Numbered from the stretch's first letter, positions 1 to 9,365 are shown. The stretch is 64,000 nucleotides of DNA from Gaiellaceae bacterium (GCA_036522595.1 DATDFL010000288.1:10414-74413), one strand, 5' to 3'. The notes: generated by a model from the sequence alone, not told the origin. Made by a program: numbers and translations.

Positions 1-1
1 C

Positions 2-3000
2 GCCTTCCACGAGGCCGCGCCCGTCGCGGTCTACGACATCGAGGCGTCGCCGCTCGTGAGCCGCCGCCTGGCGAAGGCGGCCGGCGCGAAGAGCGCTGCC
101 TTCGTGCCGCTCACCGTGGACGAGCGAGTGATCGGCGTGCTCGTCGCCGCGTGCACGAGCGAGAGGCGCGCCTTCTCGACGGAGGAGCTTCGCCTGATGC
201 AGGCGGTCGCCGGCGAAGCGGCAATCGCGCTCGATCGGACTCGCTCTGCGGCGGCTCTGGACGAGGCGCTCGCGCGCGAACGGCTCGTCGCCGAGATCTC
301 GCGCCGCGTGCGGTCGGTTCACGACCTCGACACCGTCACCCGCGTGGCCGTGACGGAGACCGGCCGCGCCCTGGGTGCGTCGCGCTGCTTCCTGCGGCTC
401 GGCGAGCCGGGAGAGCTTCCGATCCGGGCGGAGTGGTTCGCCGAAGGGCTCTCGCCCATCGGCGAGGACACCGTCGAGCGGCTGCCTGCCTCCAACCTCG
501 CGGCACGCGAGCGGCGGACGGTTGCGATCTCCGACGCGCGCGACTCCGCCGACCTGGACGATCCGCTGCTCGGCGGCAGGGAGGTTTTGGAGCAGCTCGG
601 CTCGCGTGCGGCGCTTGCGACGCCGGTGGTGGTCTTCGACCGGATGATCGGCGTGCTCGCGCTGCATCGCACGGAGCCGCGCCCATGGGCAGATAGCGAC
701 ATCTCCGTTGCGGAGGCCGTTGCGCACGAGATCGGCCTTGCAGTTCACTCGGCCGCGCTGCTCGAGGAGAACGAGCGCCGGCTCGGCGAGCAGGGCGCGC
801 TGTTGAAGGCCGCGCAGGTCGTCACCAGCGAGCTGGAGCTGAAGGCGGTCTTGCAGCGGCTGGTCGACGAGGTCGCCGGTCTGCTCCGCGCCGAGGCCGT
901 CGACTGCTATCTGCTCGACACCGAGCGCGGCGTGCTGCGCTGCGCCGCCGTCCACGGCTTGACCGAAGAGATGCTGGGCTTCGAGTTCCCCGCAGACCGC
1001 GGCCTGGCCGGCCGCGCGATCCGGCGAGGGCGTTCGGCGCTCGCGGACGACTACGCGCAGGTGCCCGAGACCGTGCCGCACGCCGCCTACGAGGGGTTTC
1101 GCAGCGCCGTCGTCGCGCCGATGCGCTGGTCGGGCGAGGTCAAGGGGGTGCTCGGCGTCGGCACGCGCGACGCGGGCCGCCGGCTCACGCACGCCGAGGC
1201 CGACCTGCTCGAGACGTTCGCGAATCTCGCCGCGCTCGCGCTGCGCAACGCGGAGAGCTTCGAAGAGCGCTCGCGCCAGGCGCGCGTGCAGCGTGGCTTC
1301 TACCGGATCGCCGCGGTGCTGGCGGAGCCGATCTCGCTGGAGGAGACCCTCGACGCGCTGGCCCAGGCCGCTGCCGAGGCCCTTGGCGGCGCGAGCGCGG
1401 CGGTGATCATGCCCGGCCCTGAAGACCTGAGCCTCGCCGGGCTTCATGGGCTGCCCGCGCCGCTGATCCGGTTCCTCGAGGACGGGCTCGCCGGGCCCGA
1501 CGACCCGCTACGAGCATCAGCCCGGAGGAGGCGCGTGCTCGCCGCCCCGAAGATCGCGGACGACGACCGCTTCGACGAGGACTGGCGTCGCATCGCGGAG
1601 GAGTGCGGGTACGGCTCGGTGCTCGCCGCTCCGGTCGAGAGCCCGCGCAGCGACGACGGCGGCCTCGTGCTCGTCTTCTTCGCGGAAGAGCGGCGCTTCG
1701 CGGACGACGACCTCGAGCTCGCGCGGAACCTGACCGCTGCGGCCCGCGGCGCACTTGAGCGCAGCGGCCTGTTCGAGGCCGAGCGGCGGCAGCGCGCCCT
1801 GGCGCAGGAGCTCGCCGAGACGTCCCGGATCCTCACCCCCGAGCTCGACCCGGCCGTCGTCCTGGACGAAGTCGTCCGCCGCGCGCCGAAGCTGCTCTCC
1901 GCAGACGCAGCCGTTCTTCGACTCCTCGAGGGCGACGAGCTGGCTCCCGGTGCCGCGAGCGGCGTCTCCGACGAGGCCGCGCTCGACGTGCGCCTGCCCT
2001 CCACCGCGAGGCTCGCCGGCGACGCGGTGCAGTCGCGAGGCCCGGTCGCGATCGCGGACGCCCGCGAGGACCAGCGCCTGCTGCAGGCCGACCCGGTCCT
2101 CGCCGCAGGCTACGCCGGCTACGCGGCGGCTCCGCTCGTCGGTCCGGAGGGCACCGTGCACGGCGTGCTCTCCGTCTACACCGAGGAGCCCAGGTTCTGG
2201 GCGGCCGACGAGGTCGACACGTTGGTGAGCTTCGCGCGCAACGTCTCGGCGGCGCTCTCGAGCGCCGAGCTCTACCAGCGCGTCGCCCTCGAGAGGGACC
2301 GCAGCGAGGCGATCCTCAAGAACATCGCCGACGGGATCGTGGCCGTCGACCGTGACGGGAAGGTCGTTCTCTGGAACGCCGCCGCGGAGGCGATCTCCGG
2401 CGTGCCGGCCGAGGAAGCGCTCGACCGCGCGCCGGCGGAAGTGCTGCAGCGCGAGCTCGAGTCGCCGGGCGACGCACCCAGCGGGGAGCGCCTCGTGTCG
2501 ATCCGGCGCGGCGCCGAGGAGATCTGGCTCTCGCTCACGGAGGCGGTGATGCGAGATCCGGCCGGCGCGGTCGCGGGCCGCATCTTCGCGTTCAGGGACA
2601 TCTCCGCCGAGCGCGTGGTCGAGCAGATGAAGCGCGAGTTCGTCTCGAACGTCTCCCGCGAGCTGCGCTCGCCGCTGACCTCCATCTACGGTTTCGGCGA
2701 GACGCTGCTCCGCGACGACGTGCTGTTCGGCGAGGAGGAGCGCGAGACGTTCCTCCGCTACATCACGTCGGAGGCCGGCCGGCTGACTGCGATCGTCGAC
2801 CGTCTGCTCGCGGTCGCGCGGCTCGACACCGGTGACCTGCAGGTGAACCTCGCAGCGACCGACGTGGGCGCCGTCGTCAGGGAGGTCGTCGGCACAGCGC
2901 AGTCCATCAGCGGGAGCGGACACGAGTTCGTGCTCGACCTGCCGCCGGAGCAGATCGAGGCCGACGCCGACCGCGACAAGCTGCGGCAGATCGTCACCGA

Positions 3001-3334
3001 CCTCGTGGAGAACGCGATCAAGTACTCGCCGGAAGGCGGCACGATCACGGTCTCGGTCAGCCGCCGCGAAGACGCGGTCGAGATCAGCGTCGACGACGAG
3101 GGCATCGGCATCCCGGAGTCCGAACGAGCCCGAATCTTCACCAAGTTCTACCGAGCCGAGTCGGAGGGGCGCGACCTCGCCAGCGGCGGCAGCGGCCTCG
3201 GCCTCTTCATCGCCAAGGAGCTCCTCGCGGCGATGCGGGGCCGGATCTGGGTGCGCCCTCGCGCCGGCAGGGGCTCGAGCTTTGTGTTCACACTCCCGGC
3301 GGCTGGGCAAGCACTACTCAGCGAGCGCGAGTAA
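2..3334 (+). CDS. multi-GAF / PAS sensor histidine-kinase-like protein; 5' end runs off the window and the H-box His is replaced by Arg
   Basis: The frame is open from nt 2 (first ATG at 56). The translation shows the tail of one GAF-like module plus four complete ones and a PAS segment (ILKNIADGIVAVDRDGKVVLWN). It also has a DHp H-box (FVSNVSRELRSPLTSI) and intact ATPase N/G1/F/G2 boxes (VENAIKYSPEGG, DDEGIGIP, FTKFYR, GSGLGLFIAKE). Confidence 0.85.
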   Translation, partial: AFHEAAPVAVYDIEASPLVSRRLAKAAGAKSAAFVPLTVDERVIGVLVAACTSERRAFSTEELRLMQAVAGEAAIALDRTRSAAALDEALARERLVAEISRRVRSVHDLDTVTRVAVTETGRALGASRCFLRLGEPGELPIRAEWFAEGLSPIGEDTVERLPASNLAARERRTVAISDARDSADLDDPLLGGREVLEQLGSRAALATPVVVFDRMIGVLALHRTEPRPWADSDISVAEAVAHEIGLAVHSAALLEENERRLGEQGALLKAAQVVTSELELKAVLQRLVDEVAGLLRAEAVDCYLLDTERGVLRCAAVHGLTEEMLGFEFPADRGLAGRAIRRGRSALADDYAQVPETVPHAAYEGFRSAVVAPMRWSGEVKGVLGVGTRDAGRRLTHAEADLLETFANLAALALRNAESFEERSRQARVQRGFYRIAAVLAEPISLEETLDALAQAAAEALGGASAAVIMPGPEDLSLAGLHGLPAPLIRFLEDGLAGPDDPLRASARRRRVLAAPKIADDDRFDEDWRRIAEECGYGSVLAAPVESPRSDDGGLVLVFFAEERRFADDDLELARNLTAAARGALERSGLFEAERRQRALAQELAETSRILTPELDPAVVLDEVVRRAPKLLSADAAVLRLLEGDELAPGAASGVSDEAALDVRLPSTARLAGDAVQSRGPVAIADAREDQRLLQADPVLAAGYAGYAAAPLVGPEGTVHGVLSVYTEEPRFWAADEVDTLVSFARNVSAALSSAELYQRVALERDRSEAILKNIADGIVAVDRDGKVVLWNAAAEAISGVPAEEALDRAPAEVLQRELESPGDAPSGERLVSIRRGAEEIWLSLTEAVMRDPAGAVAGRIFAFRDISAERVVEQMKREFVSNVSRELRSPLTSIYGFGETLLRDDVLFGEEERETFLRYITSEAGRLTAIVDRLLAVARLDTGDLQVNLAATDVGAVVREVVGTAQSISGSGHEFVLDLPPEQIEADADRDKLRQIVTDLVENAIKYSPEGGTITVSVSRREDAVEISVDDEGIGIPESERARIFTKFYRAESEGRDLASGGSGLGLFIAKELLAAMRGRIWVRPRAGRGSSFVFTLPAAGQALLSERE

Positions 3335-3343
3335 AGGGGAGGT

Positions 3344-3799
3344 ATGAATTCCGACCGGAACGTGAGGGTGCTGGTCATTGACGACGAGGCTCCGATCCGG
3401 CTGCTCTGCCGGGTCAACCTCGAGGCGGAGCAGATGGACGTCCTCGAGGCGAGCGACGGGCCGACTGGGCTGGAGAAGGCGCGCAACGGGGAGCCCGACG
3501 TGATCCTGCTCGACGTGATGATGCCCGGGCTCGACGGGTGGCAGGTCGCCGAGGAGCTGATCGGCGACGACCGAACGCGCTCCATCCCGATCGTCTTCCT
3601 GACAGCCCGCGCCGAGGCGCGCGACCGCGCGCGTGGGCTCGACCTCGGCGGGATCGACTACGTCACGAAGCCGTTCAACCCCGTCGAGCTGGCCCCGCTT
3701 GTCCGGGAGCTGATCCACCGGGTCGACCTCGGCGAGCGCGAGGACGTGCGCCGCGAGAAGATCGCCGAGCTTCGGGATCTGATCGATCCCAACGAATAG
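3344..3799 (+). CDS. stand-alone response regulator (receiver domain only)
   Basis: Starts 9 nt after the kinase stop behind an AGGGGAGG SD. VLVIDDE, DVILLDVMMPGLDG, VFLTA and YVTKPF give the full acidic pocket, phospho-Asp, Thr and Lys of a CheY-like receiver. There is no output domain. Confidence 0.9.
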   Translation: MNSDRNVRVLVIDDEAPIRLLCRVNLEAEQMDVLEASDGPTGLEKARNGEPDVILLDVMMPGLDGWQVAEELIGDDRTRSIPIVFLTARAEARDRARGLDLGGIDYVTKPFNPVELAPLVRELIHRVDLGEREDVRREKIAELRDLIDPNE

Positions 3800-3828
3800 C
3801 TAACCAGCTATCCAGCTATCGCTTTGCG

Positions 3829-4302
3829 TTACCGGCCCGCGAAGTCGGTCGTGATGACGGCCGCGCCGGCGTAGCCGCCGAAGGTGCCGACCCGTTCCCC
3901 GACGCCGACGGTGCGGTAGCCGGGCCGCAGGAGGTTCGCGCGGTGCTCCGGGCTAGCGAGCCAGAGGTTCACCACCGAATGCGCTTCGGAGAGTGCGCCG
4001 ACCGCCCACGCGAGATTCTCGCCGATGCGCCTCGCCCGCACGCCTGCCCGGCGGATGCGTCTGGCGAAGGCGCCGTGGCTGAACGTGTTCGTTCGCAGCA
4101 TTGCCAGTGAGTGCCTGCAAGCGGTGCGCTGGAGCCGCCCGTCGATCCGGAGCGGTGCGACCCCGTGCGCGTGCCGTGCTTCGTTCATCGCCTGGAGCAG
4201 TGCGAGCTCGGCCGCAGTGGGCGACGCCTTCGCCGGGCCGACCAAGGCCGAAAAAGCGAACGCGCAAACGACAACAACTACTGTCAGGACTCGCCGGGGC
4301 AC
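3829..4302 (-). CDS. secreted CAP/SCP (YkwD-like) domain protein
   Basis: N-terminal signal peptide (VVVVVCAFAFSALVGPAKA). CAP-type motifs are present: MNEARHAHGVAPL, FSHG, GENLAW, LWLASPEHRANLL. Confidence 0.8.
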   Translation of the reverse strand: MPRRVLTVVVVVCAFAFSALVGPAKASPTAAELALLQAMNEARHAHGVAPLRIDGRLQRTACRHSLAMLRTNTFSHGAFARRIRRAGVRARRIGENLAWAVGALSEAHSVVNLWLASPEHRANLLRPGYRTVGVGERVGTFGGYAGAAVITTDFAGR

Positions 4303-4403
4303 GAGTGCCGGGCATATAAGCAGACCTTCCGGACGGAAAGCTCCTTGAAACTTGAGTTTTTACACTTTTCAAACAGCCAAATTTCCCGCTGGGAGCGGGA
4401 AGT

Positions 4404-4431
4404 TTGCGATTTCTCACTTCAAAGTTAGACT
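4404..4431 (+). promoter_or_regulatory. sigma-70/SigA-like promoter for tRNA-Pro (TTGCGA-16 nt-TAGACT)
   Basis: Lies in the only strongly AT-rich stretch of the first 9 kb. The -35 TTGCGA is at 4404-4409 and the -10 TAGACT at 4426-4431, 14 nt before the mature tRNA 5' end. A 7-bp inverted repeat TTCCCGC/GCGGGAA (4383-4401) lies immediately upstream. Confidence 0.5.
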
Positions 4432-4444
4432 GAAAATCGCGTTT

Positions 4445-4519
4445 CGGGACGTAGCGCAGCCTGGTTAGCGCGCCTGCTTTGGGAGCAGGAGGCCGGCGGT
4501 TCGAATCCGCCCGTCCCGA
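4445..4519 (+). tRNA. tRNA-Pro (anticodon TGG)
   Basis: Cloverleaf read by eye: acceptor CGGGACG/CGTCCCG, D arm GCGC..GCGC, anticodon stem CCTGC/GCAGG with loop TTTGGGA, T arm GGCGG TTCGAAT CCGCC. No encoded CCA. Confidence 0.93.
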
Positions 4520-4634
4520 CTCATCCGTCGCGGAGAGCGGCTCCGAACGCCCAGGCGACGCTTCCGAGCAGGAGGGTCGTAGATGGCAGGATCTCCTTAG
4601 GAACGAAGTCCAACAGGGCACCAGAGGGAGCGGT

Positions 4635-5369
4635 GTGCTAGCGGTACGGCTGCACGATGACGGCTTGAAGGTTGAGGAGATCGAGACGCCGTCGCCGGAT
4701 CCGGGCGAGGTGCTGGTGCGCGTGCATGCGGCAGCGATTACACGTGACGAGCTCGAGTGGCCGGTCGATCGGCTGCCGGCGATTCCGTCCTACGAGCTTT
4801 CGGGCGTTGTCGTCGGCAGCGGTGACGAGGTATATGCGCTCACGCCTTTCGATCGCGACGGCGTGGCTGCCGAGTACGCCGTCCTCCCAGCCGATGTGCT
4901 TGCACCGAAGCCCATGCGGCTGAGCCACGTCGAGGCGGCAGCTCTGCCGATGGGCGGGCTGACCGCCTGGCAAGCACTGTTTGTGCACGGGCGGCTCGCC
5001 CGAGGCGAGCGGGTTCTGGTCACGGGTGCCTCGGGCGGGGTTGGGCACATCGCCGTCCAGCTCGCGCGACACGCCGGCGCAGCGGTCGTGGAGAGCGGTC
5101 CGGCCGATCTGGTCTTCGACACTCGCGGCGGCGACGTACCAGCCGGCGAGCGCGTGGTCACGATCGCAGAGGAGATGCCGGGCGCGACCTACTTCATCGT
5201 CGAACCCGACCACCAGCAACTGCTGGAGTTGAGAACGCTCGTGGACGCAGGCGAGCTTCGAGCGGAGGTCGACTCGGTGTTTCCGCTCACGGAGGCCCGG
5301 GCGGCGTTCGAACGAGTCGCGGGCCGCGGGAAGCGTGGCAAGGTCGTGCTCGACGTCGCCACTGACTAG
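4635..5369 (+). CDS. MDR-family NAD(P)H:quinone oxidoreductase / zinc-type alcohol dehydrogenase-like protein (short form)
   Basis: GTG at 4635 follows a GAGGGAG SD. The longer ORF from 4479 would overlap tRNA-Pro. Motifs: GEVLVRVHAAAITRDE, LTAWQAL, VLVTGASGGVGHIAVQLA, GKVVLDV. Confidence 0.8.
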   Translation: MLAVRLHDDGLKVEEIETPSPDPGEVLVRVHAAAITRDELEWPVDRLPAIPSYELSGVVVGSGDEVYALTPFDRDGVAAEYAVLPADVLAPKPMRLSHVEAAALPMGGLTAWQALFVHGRLARGERVLVTGASGGVGHIAVQLARHAGAAVVESGPADLVFDTRGGDVPAGERVVTIAEEMPGATYFIVEPDHQQLLELRTLVDAGELRAEVDSVFPLTEARAAFERVAGRGKRGKVVLDVATD

Positions 5370-5441
5370 CCGGCGGGTGCGGGCTCGACCTCTGCCGTGG
5401 GCTGGCTCCAACGAAGGCCTGCCACGTCTGAATGACCTGGA

Positions 5442-8400
5442 CTACAGAGGAATTACCGGAGTCGAGACGACTCCGAGCCGCGCCAGCAGCGCCTTCGCTT
5501 CCTTGGCTTCGGCGCTGCCGTCCGCGCCGCGTCTTTCCGCCAGTTGCGCCAGGGCGTCGAGGGTGAGCGCCAGCTCGTAGGTCTCGTCCTCTGCACGGGC
5601 GACGTCGAGGCTCCGGTGCAGCGCTTCCTCGGCGACTTCGAGATCGCCATGCTGCAGCAGCGCGTAGCCGCGCAGGCGGAGGACGAGGGCGTGTTGGAGG
5701 TAGCCGCTGCCCGTCTGCTCGATCTCGGCCAGTGTCTCGTCGGCGCGATGCAGCGCGCCTTCGGAGTCGCCCGCGAACAGGGCTGCTTCCGCGAGGCGGG
5801 TCTTCACCTCGAGGAGCAGGCTCCCCGCGCGGATCTCGTCGGCGGTCGAGAGTGCCTGTCCGAGGAGCTCGAGCGCGTCCCCCACCCGGCCCTCGCGCGC
5901 CGCCGTGCGGCCGAGGTTCGACAGCGCCGCCGTGGCGAGCAACCGGTGTCCCGAGGTCTCGAAGACCTCGCGCGCCTCTGTGAAGAGCTCGCCCGCCGTC
6001 GTCAGGTAGCCCTGGTCGGACTTGATCTCGCCGATGTTGCTCGTGATCGTCGCGGCGCCGACGACGTCGCCGATGCGCTCGCGCAGCGCCTTGCTCCGCT
6101 CGTAGCAGTCGAGCGCCTCGCGCCAGCGGCCTTCGTAGTACGCGTCCACGCCGAGGTTGTTGAGCGCGTTCGCCTGGCCGAGCAGATCGCCGATCTCCTC
6201 GTAGATCGGCAGCGCGATCCCGCGGAACGCCGCGCGCTCCGGGCTCCGGTTGGAGATGTACGCGTAGTGGAGCAGGTGGTAGGCGTGGGCAAGCGCGGGC
6301 AGATCGCCGACCTGGTTCGCCTCGTCGATGACGCGTCGGCACCACTCGGCGCCGGCGGCGAACTCGCCCTGCCGCACGCGCACTCCGGCGTACGCGAGCG
6401 AGAGCTCGAAGCGCATCCGCTGCTGCTCGGCCGGCTGCAGCGAGTCCAGCGATTGGAGCCCGCGGTTGTACCAGCGGAGCGCGGCCGAGTAGCGGCCGAA
6501 GCGTTCGCGGATGACGCCTTCCTTGTGCAGGAGCCGCGGGTGGCTTTCGAGCTTCCGTGCCTTCGAGTACGCCTCGGCCGCATCGGCATAGAGGCCGGCG
6601 AGCTCGCTCACGTCTCCGACCGACTCCCAGACGCGCGCAAGCTCCTCGGACGGCAGGTCGAGCTTCGGCGCGGCCCCGAGCGCGCGGCGGTAGAACGAGG
6701 CGGCTTCGACGTTGGCGAACTTCGCCTGCGCGCGCTCGCCCGCGACGAGGGAGTAGCGCCAGGTCTTGTCCACGTCGCCCGCGTGGGAGAAGTGCAGCGA
6801 GAGGAGCTCGGCGAACTCGCCGCGGCCTTCGTGCTCGATCCGTTCGTACGCCTCGCCGACCTTGGCGTGCAGCTCGCCGCGCCGCTTGTACGAGAGCCCC
6901 TCGTAAGCGGCGTCTCGGATGAGCGCGTGGCGGAAGCGGAAGGCGCCGGCCGCGTACGGGTCGCGCTCGATGAACTCCGTCAGCCGGTCCCAGGCCTGGG
7001 AATCCGCGGAGGCCTCCGGATCCTGCGCGAGGACGTCCGCGATCAGCTCTCCGCTGAAGGTCGCGCCGAGGACGGCCGCGTAGCGCAGCAGCGTCCGGTC
7101 GCCCGGCGGGAGCTTGTCGATCCGCGTCGCGACGACGGCCTCGACGCTCTCCGGCAGCGCCTCCTCCTCGGGCGCGCGCGAGGACACGACGAGCTCCTGC
7201 AGGAAGAGCGGGTTTCCGCCGGCCCGGTCGGCGATCGCGGCGACCTCGTGCTGGAGCATCCCGTCGGCAGCGGCGGCGCCGATCAGCTCGCGCGCCTCGT
7301 CGGCGGACAGCGGCTGGAGCTGGATCGTCATCGCCGGGATCGGCGGCACGCCGTCGGCCGCGGAGAAGCCGCCTTCGACCGGCCGCCGCGTCACGCAGAT
7401 CAGCCACGGCCGGGTCGGCACCTGGCCGCCCAGGTGGCGCAGGAGCTCGGACGACGCCTCGTCCATCCAGTGCGCGTCCTCCACGACGAGCAGCGTCGGA
7501 TCGGGCAGGAGCTTCGTCAGCAGGGTCTCCATGACGCCGTGCAGACGGGCGCGGCGGAAGGCAGGCTGCAGCTCGTCGACCTCCCGCGTCGCTTCGACCG
7601 GGAGGTCGAGGACCATCCCGACGAGCGGCAGCCACGGGACGAGCTCCGGATCGAGCGCTTCGACCTCCTCGCGGAGCCTCGTGAGATCCAGGAGGCTGTG
7701 GAGCAGCCCGCGGAACGCGAAGTACGGCGTCGAGGCCTCGTACTGCTCGCAGACGGCCGCGAGGGCGCGGAGGTCGGGCGCCCGCGTCTGCAGCTCTTCT
7801 ACGAGACGCGACTTGCCGAGGCCGGGCTCGCCGATCAGCTCGACCATGTTCCCGAATCCCATCCGCACGGGCCCGAGCGCCGCGGAGACGATCGTCAGCT
7901 CGCGCTCCCGGCCGACGAACGGCACGCGCTGCTCCGGAGCCTCCTCTGCAGGCGCCGTGACGGAGTGGACGTCGAGCGCCGTGACGAGCCCCTCGATCCC
8001 CTTGAGCGGGAACGGCTCGAGCTCGGTGGTCGCGAACGTGCTCCGGCAGCGTTCGAGGAACTCCGGGGTGGCGAGCAGCTGGCCCGGCTGCGCCTTGCCC
8101 ATCAGCCGCGCCGCCAGTGCGGCCGTCTTGCCGAGGATCGTGTACGTGCGCCTGAACCTGGCGCCGACCTCCCCTGCGAAGACCCGGCCGCGGCTGACCC
8201 CGATCCGTAGCGGCAGCCGGTGCCGGCCGGCGGCGATGCCGAGCACGGTCCGCAGGAGGCGCTCCTCGTCCTCGCCCTCGGTTCTCGGCGCCCCCGCGAC
8301 CAGGATCATCTTGACGCCGTCGCTGTCGATGTCGGTCTCGAGGAAGGTGACGCCGTGCTCTTCAGCCACGCGCTGCGCCGAGACGACGACCTCTTCGAGC

Positions 8401-9224
8401 GCTTCGCCCACAGCCTCCGCGCCCTCTGCGGCTAGCAGCGCGTCGACGCCGCCGACGTGGACGAACGCGACCGAAGCTTGGCGGTGCTCCGGCTCGGTGT
8501 CGCCGGCTTCGAGGTGACGGCGAACGCGCGCCGGCACAGAGGCCCCGAGGTCGAGGCCTTCCAGCGGCGGCAGCGGCTCGATTCCGGCGGGCCCGCCCGG
8601 TGCGGCCGTCAGATGGCGTCCGCCGCTGTCGGCCTCGCCGAACAACGCGTCCGGGAGGCGAGAAGCGGTCTCGTCGCTGACGAGGATCTCCCCGGCTTCA
8701 GCCGCGCTCTCCATCTCGACGGTCTTCGTGACACCGGGCCCCGCGAGCAGCAGCTCCCGGTGCGACTCCCCGACGAGGAAAAAGTCGTAGACGTCGCTGT
8801 GGATCCCGACGTGCATCTTCAGCGTCACCGGGCCGACCGAGGTCTGCGGCCGCCCGAGCTCTTTGAGGGCCGTCCTCATGCCGAATGCCGCGTCGCATGC
8901 CCGCTCCCTGTGGTCCTCGCCCGAGAAGAACAGCAGCAGCGCGTCGCCGCCGAACTTGAGCAACCCGCCGCCGAACGCGTACGCAACGTCGAGCAGGCGC
9001 GCGAAGACGAGGTTCATCACGTCCGTGACCTCCTCCGCGCCGAGCTTGCCCTTCGTGGCCAGCCGCTCCGACATCGCCGTGAAGCCGGAGATGTCCACGA
9101 AGGCAAGCGTCCCCTCGAGCTCGCGCCTGCGGGCGTCGGGAGCGTCCCGCAGCCAGTCGACGACGACTCGAGGGACGAACGGGGTGAGATCGACCGGCGG
9201 CGCGGTCTCAGGAGCCGCCATCAC
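5442..9224 (-). CDS. tandem class III nucleotidyl cyclase domains + AAA/STAND-type ATPase + TPR signalling protein
   Basis: CHD1 has LAFVDISGFT and KFGGDALLLFF. CHD2 has VAFVHVGG and RIGVSRGRVFAGEVG..ILGKTAALAARLM. The Walker A is GEPGLGKSRL, followed by about 500 aa of TPR-like helical repeats. Confidence 0.85.
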   Translation of the reverse strand: MMAAPETAPPVDLTPFVPRVVVDWLRDAPDARRRELEGTLAFVDISGFTAMSERLATKGKLGAEEVTDVMNLVFARLLDVAYAFGGGLLKFGGDALLLFFSGEDHRERACDAAFGMRTALKELGRPQTSVGPVTLKMHVGIHSDVYDFFLVGESHRELLLAGPGVTKTVEMESAAEAGEILVSDETASRLPDALFGEADSGGRHLTAAPGGPAGIEPLPPLEGLDLGASVPARVRRHLEAGDTEPEHRQASVAFVHVGGVDALLAAEGAEAVGEALEEVVVSAQRVAEEHGVTFLETDIDSDGVKMILVAGAPRTEGEDEERLLRTVLGIAAGRHRLPLRIGVSRGRVFAGEVGARFRRTYTILGKTAALAARLMGKAQPGQLLATPEFLERCRSTFATTELEPFPLKGIEGLVTALDVHSVTAPAEEAPEQRVPFVGRERELTIVSAALGPVRMGFGNMVELIGEPGLGKSRLVEELQTRAPDLRALAAVCEQYEASTPYFAFRGLLHSLLDLTRLREEVEALDPELVPWLPLVGMVLDLPVEATREVDELQPAFRRARLHGVMETLLTKLLPDPTLLVVEDAHWMDEASSELLRHLGGQVPTRPWLICVTRRPVEGGFSAADGVPPIPAMTIQLQPLSADEARELIGAAAADGMLQHEVAAIADRAGGNPLFLQELVVSSRAPEEEALPESVEAVVATRIDKLPPGDRTLLRYAAVLGATFSGELIADVLAQDPEASADSQAWDRLTEFIERDPYAAGAFRFRHALIRDAAYEGLSYKRRGELHAKVGEAYERIEHEGRGEFAELLSLHFSHAGDVDKTWRYSLVAGERAQAKFANVEAASFYRRALGAAPKLDLPSEELARVWESVGDVSELAGLYADAAEAYSKARKLESHPRLLHKEGVIRERFGRYSAALRWYNRGLQSLDSLQPAEQQRMRFELSLAYAGVRVRQGEFAAGAEWCRRVIDEANQVGDLPALAHAYHLLHYAYISNRSPERAAFRGIALPIYEEIGDLLGQANALNNLGVDAYYEGRWREALDCYERSKALRERIGDVVGAATITSNIGEIKSDQGYLTTAGELFTEAREVFETSGHRLLATAALSNLGRTAAREGRVGDALELLGQALSTADEIRAGSLLLEVKTRLAEAALFAGDSEGALHRADETLAEIEQTGSGYLQHALVLRLRGYALLQHGDLEVAEEALHRSLDVARAEDETYELALTLDALAQLAERRGADGSAEAKEAKALLARLGVVSTPVIPL

Positions 9225-9365
9225 TAGCCTTTCGAGTGCACTTGTGACCTCTCCTCTTCCTCGCGCGGCGTTGCCATTGTCGCATGGTTGACAAAGTCCT
9301 AGAACCTGTCACATTGGATCGGTTCCACGACAGGGATCGAGAGCGAACGGGGAGAGAGGTTAGTA

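Noticed and set aside
3800-3828. Short direct repeat CCAGCTAT x2 between the receiver gene and the CAP gene
   Set aside because: It is only 8 nt repeated twice in a 29-nt convergent spacer, which is too small to interpret.
4479-4634. N-terminal extension of the oxidoreductase ORF
   Set aside because: It would be translated through tRNA-Pro. A GTG with a good SD at 4635 matches the conserved MDR N-terminus.
5287-8210. Very long ORFs overlapping the cyclase/AAA/TPR gene on both strands (5287-7635 minus, 5544-8210 plus, and others)
   Set aside because: The translations are Arg/Pro/Ala/Gly-dominated with no motifs, which is typical off-frame or antisense read-through in ~70% GC DNA. The 5442-9224 frame carries all recognisable domains.
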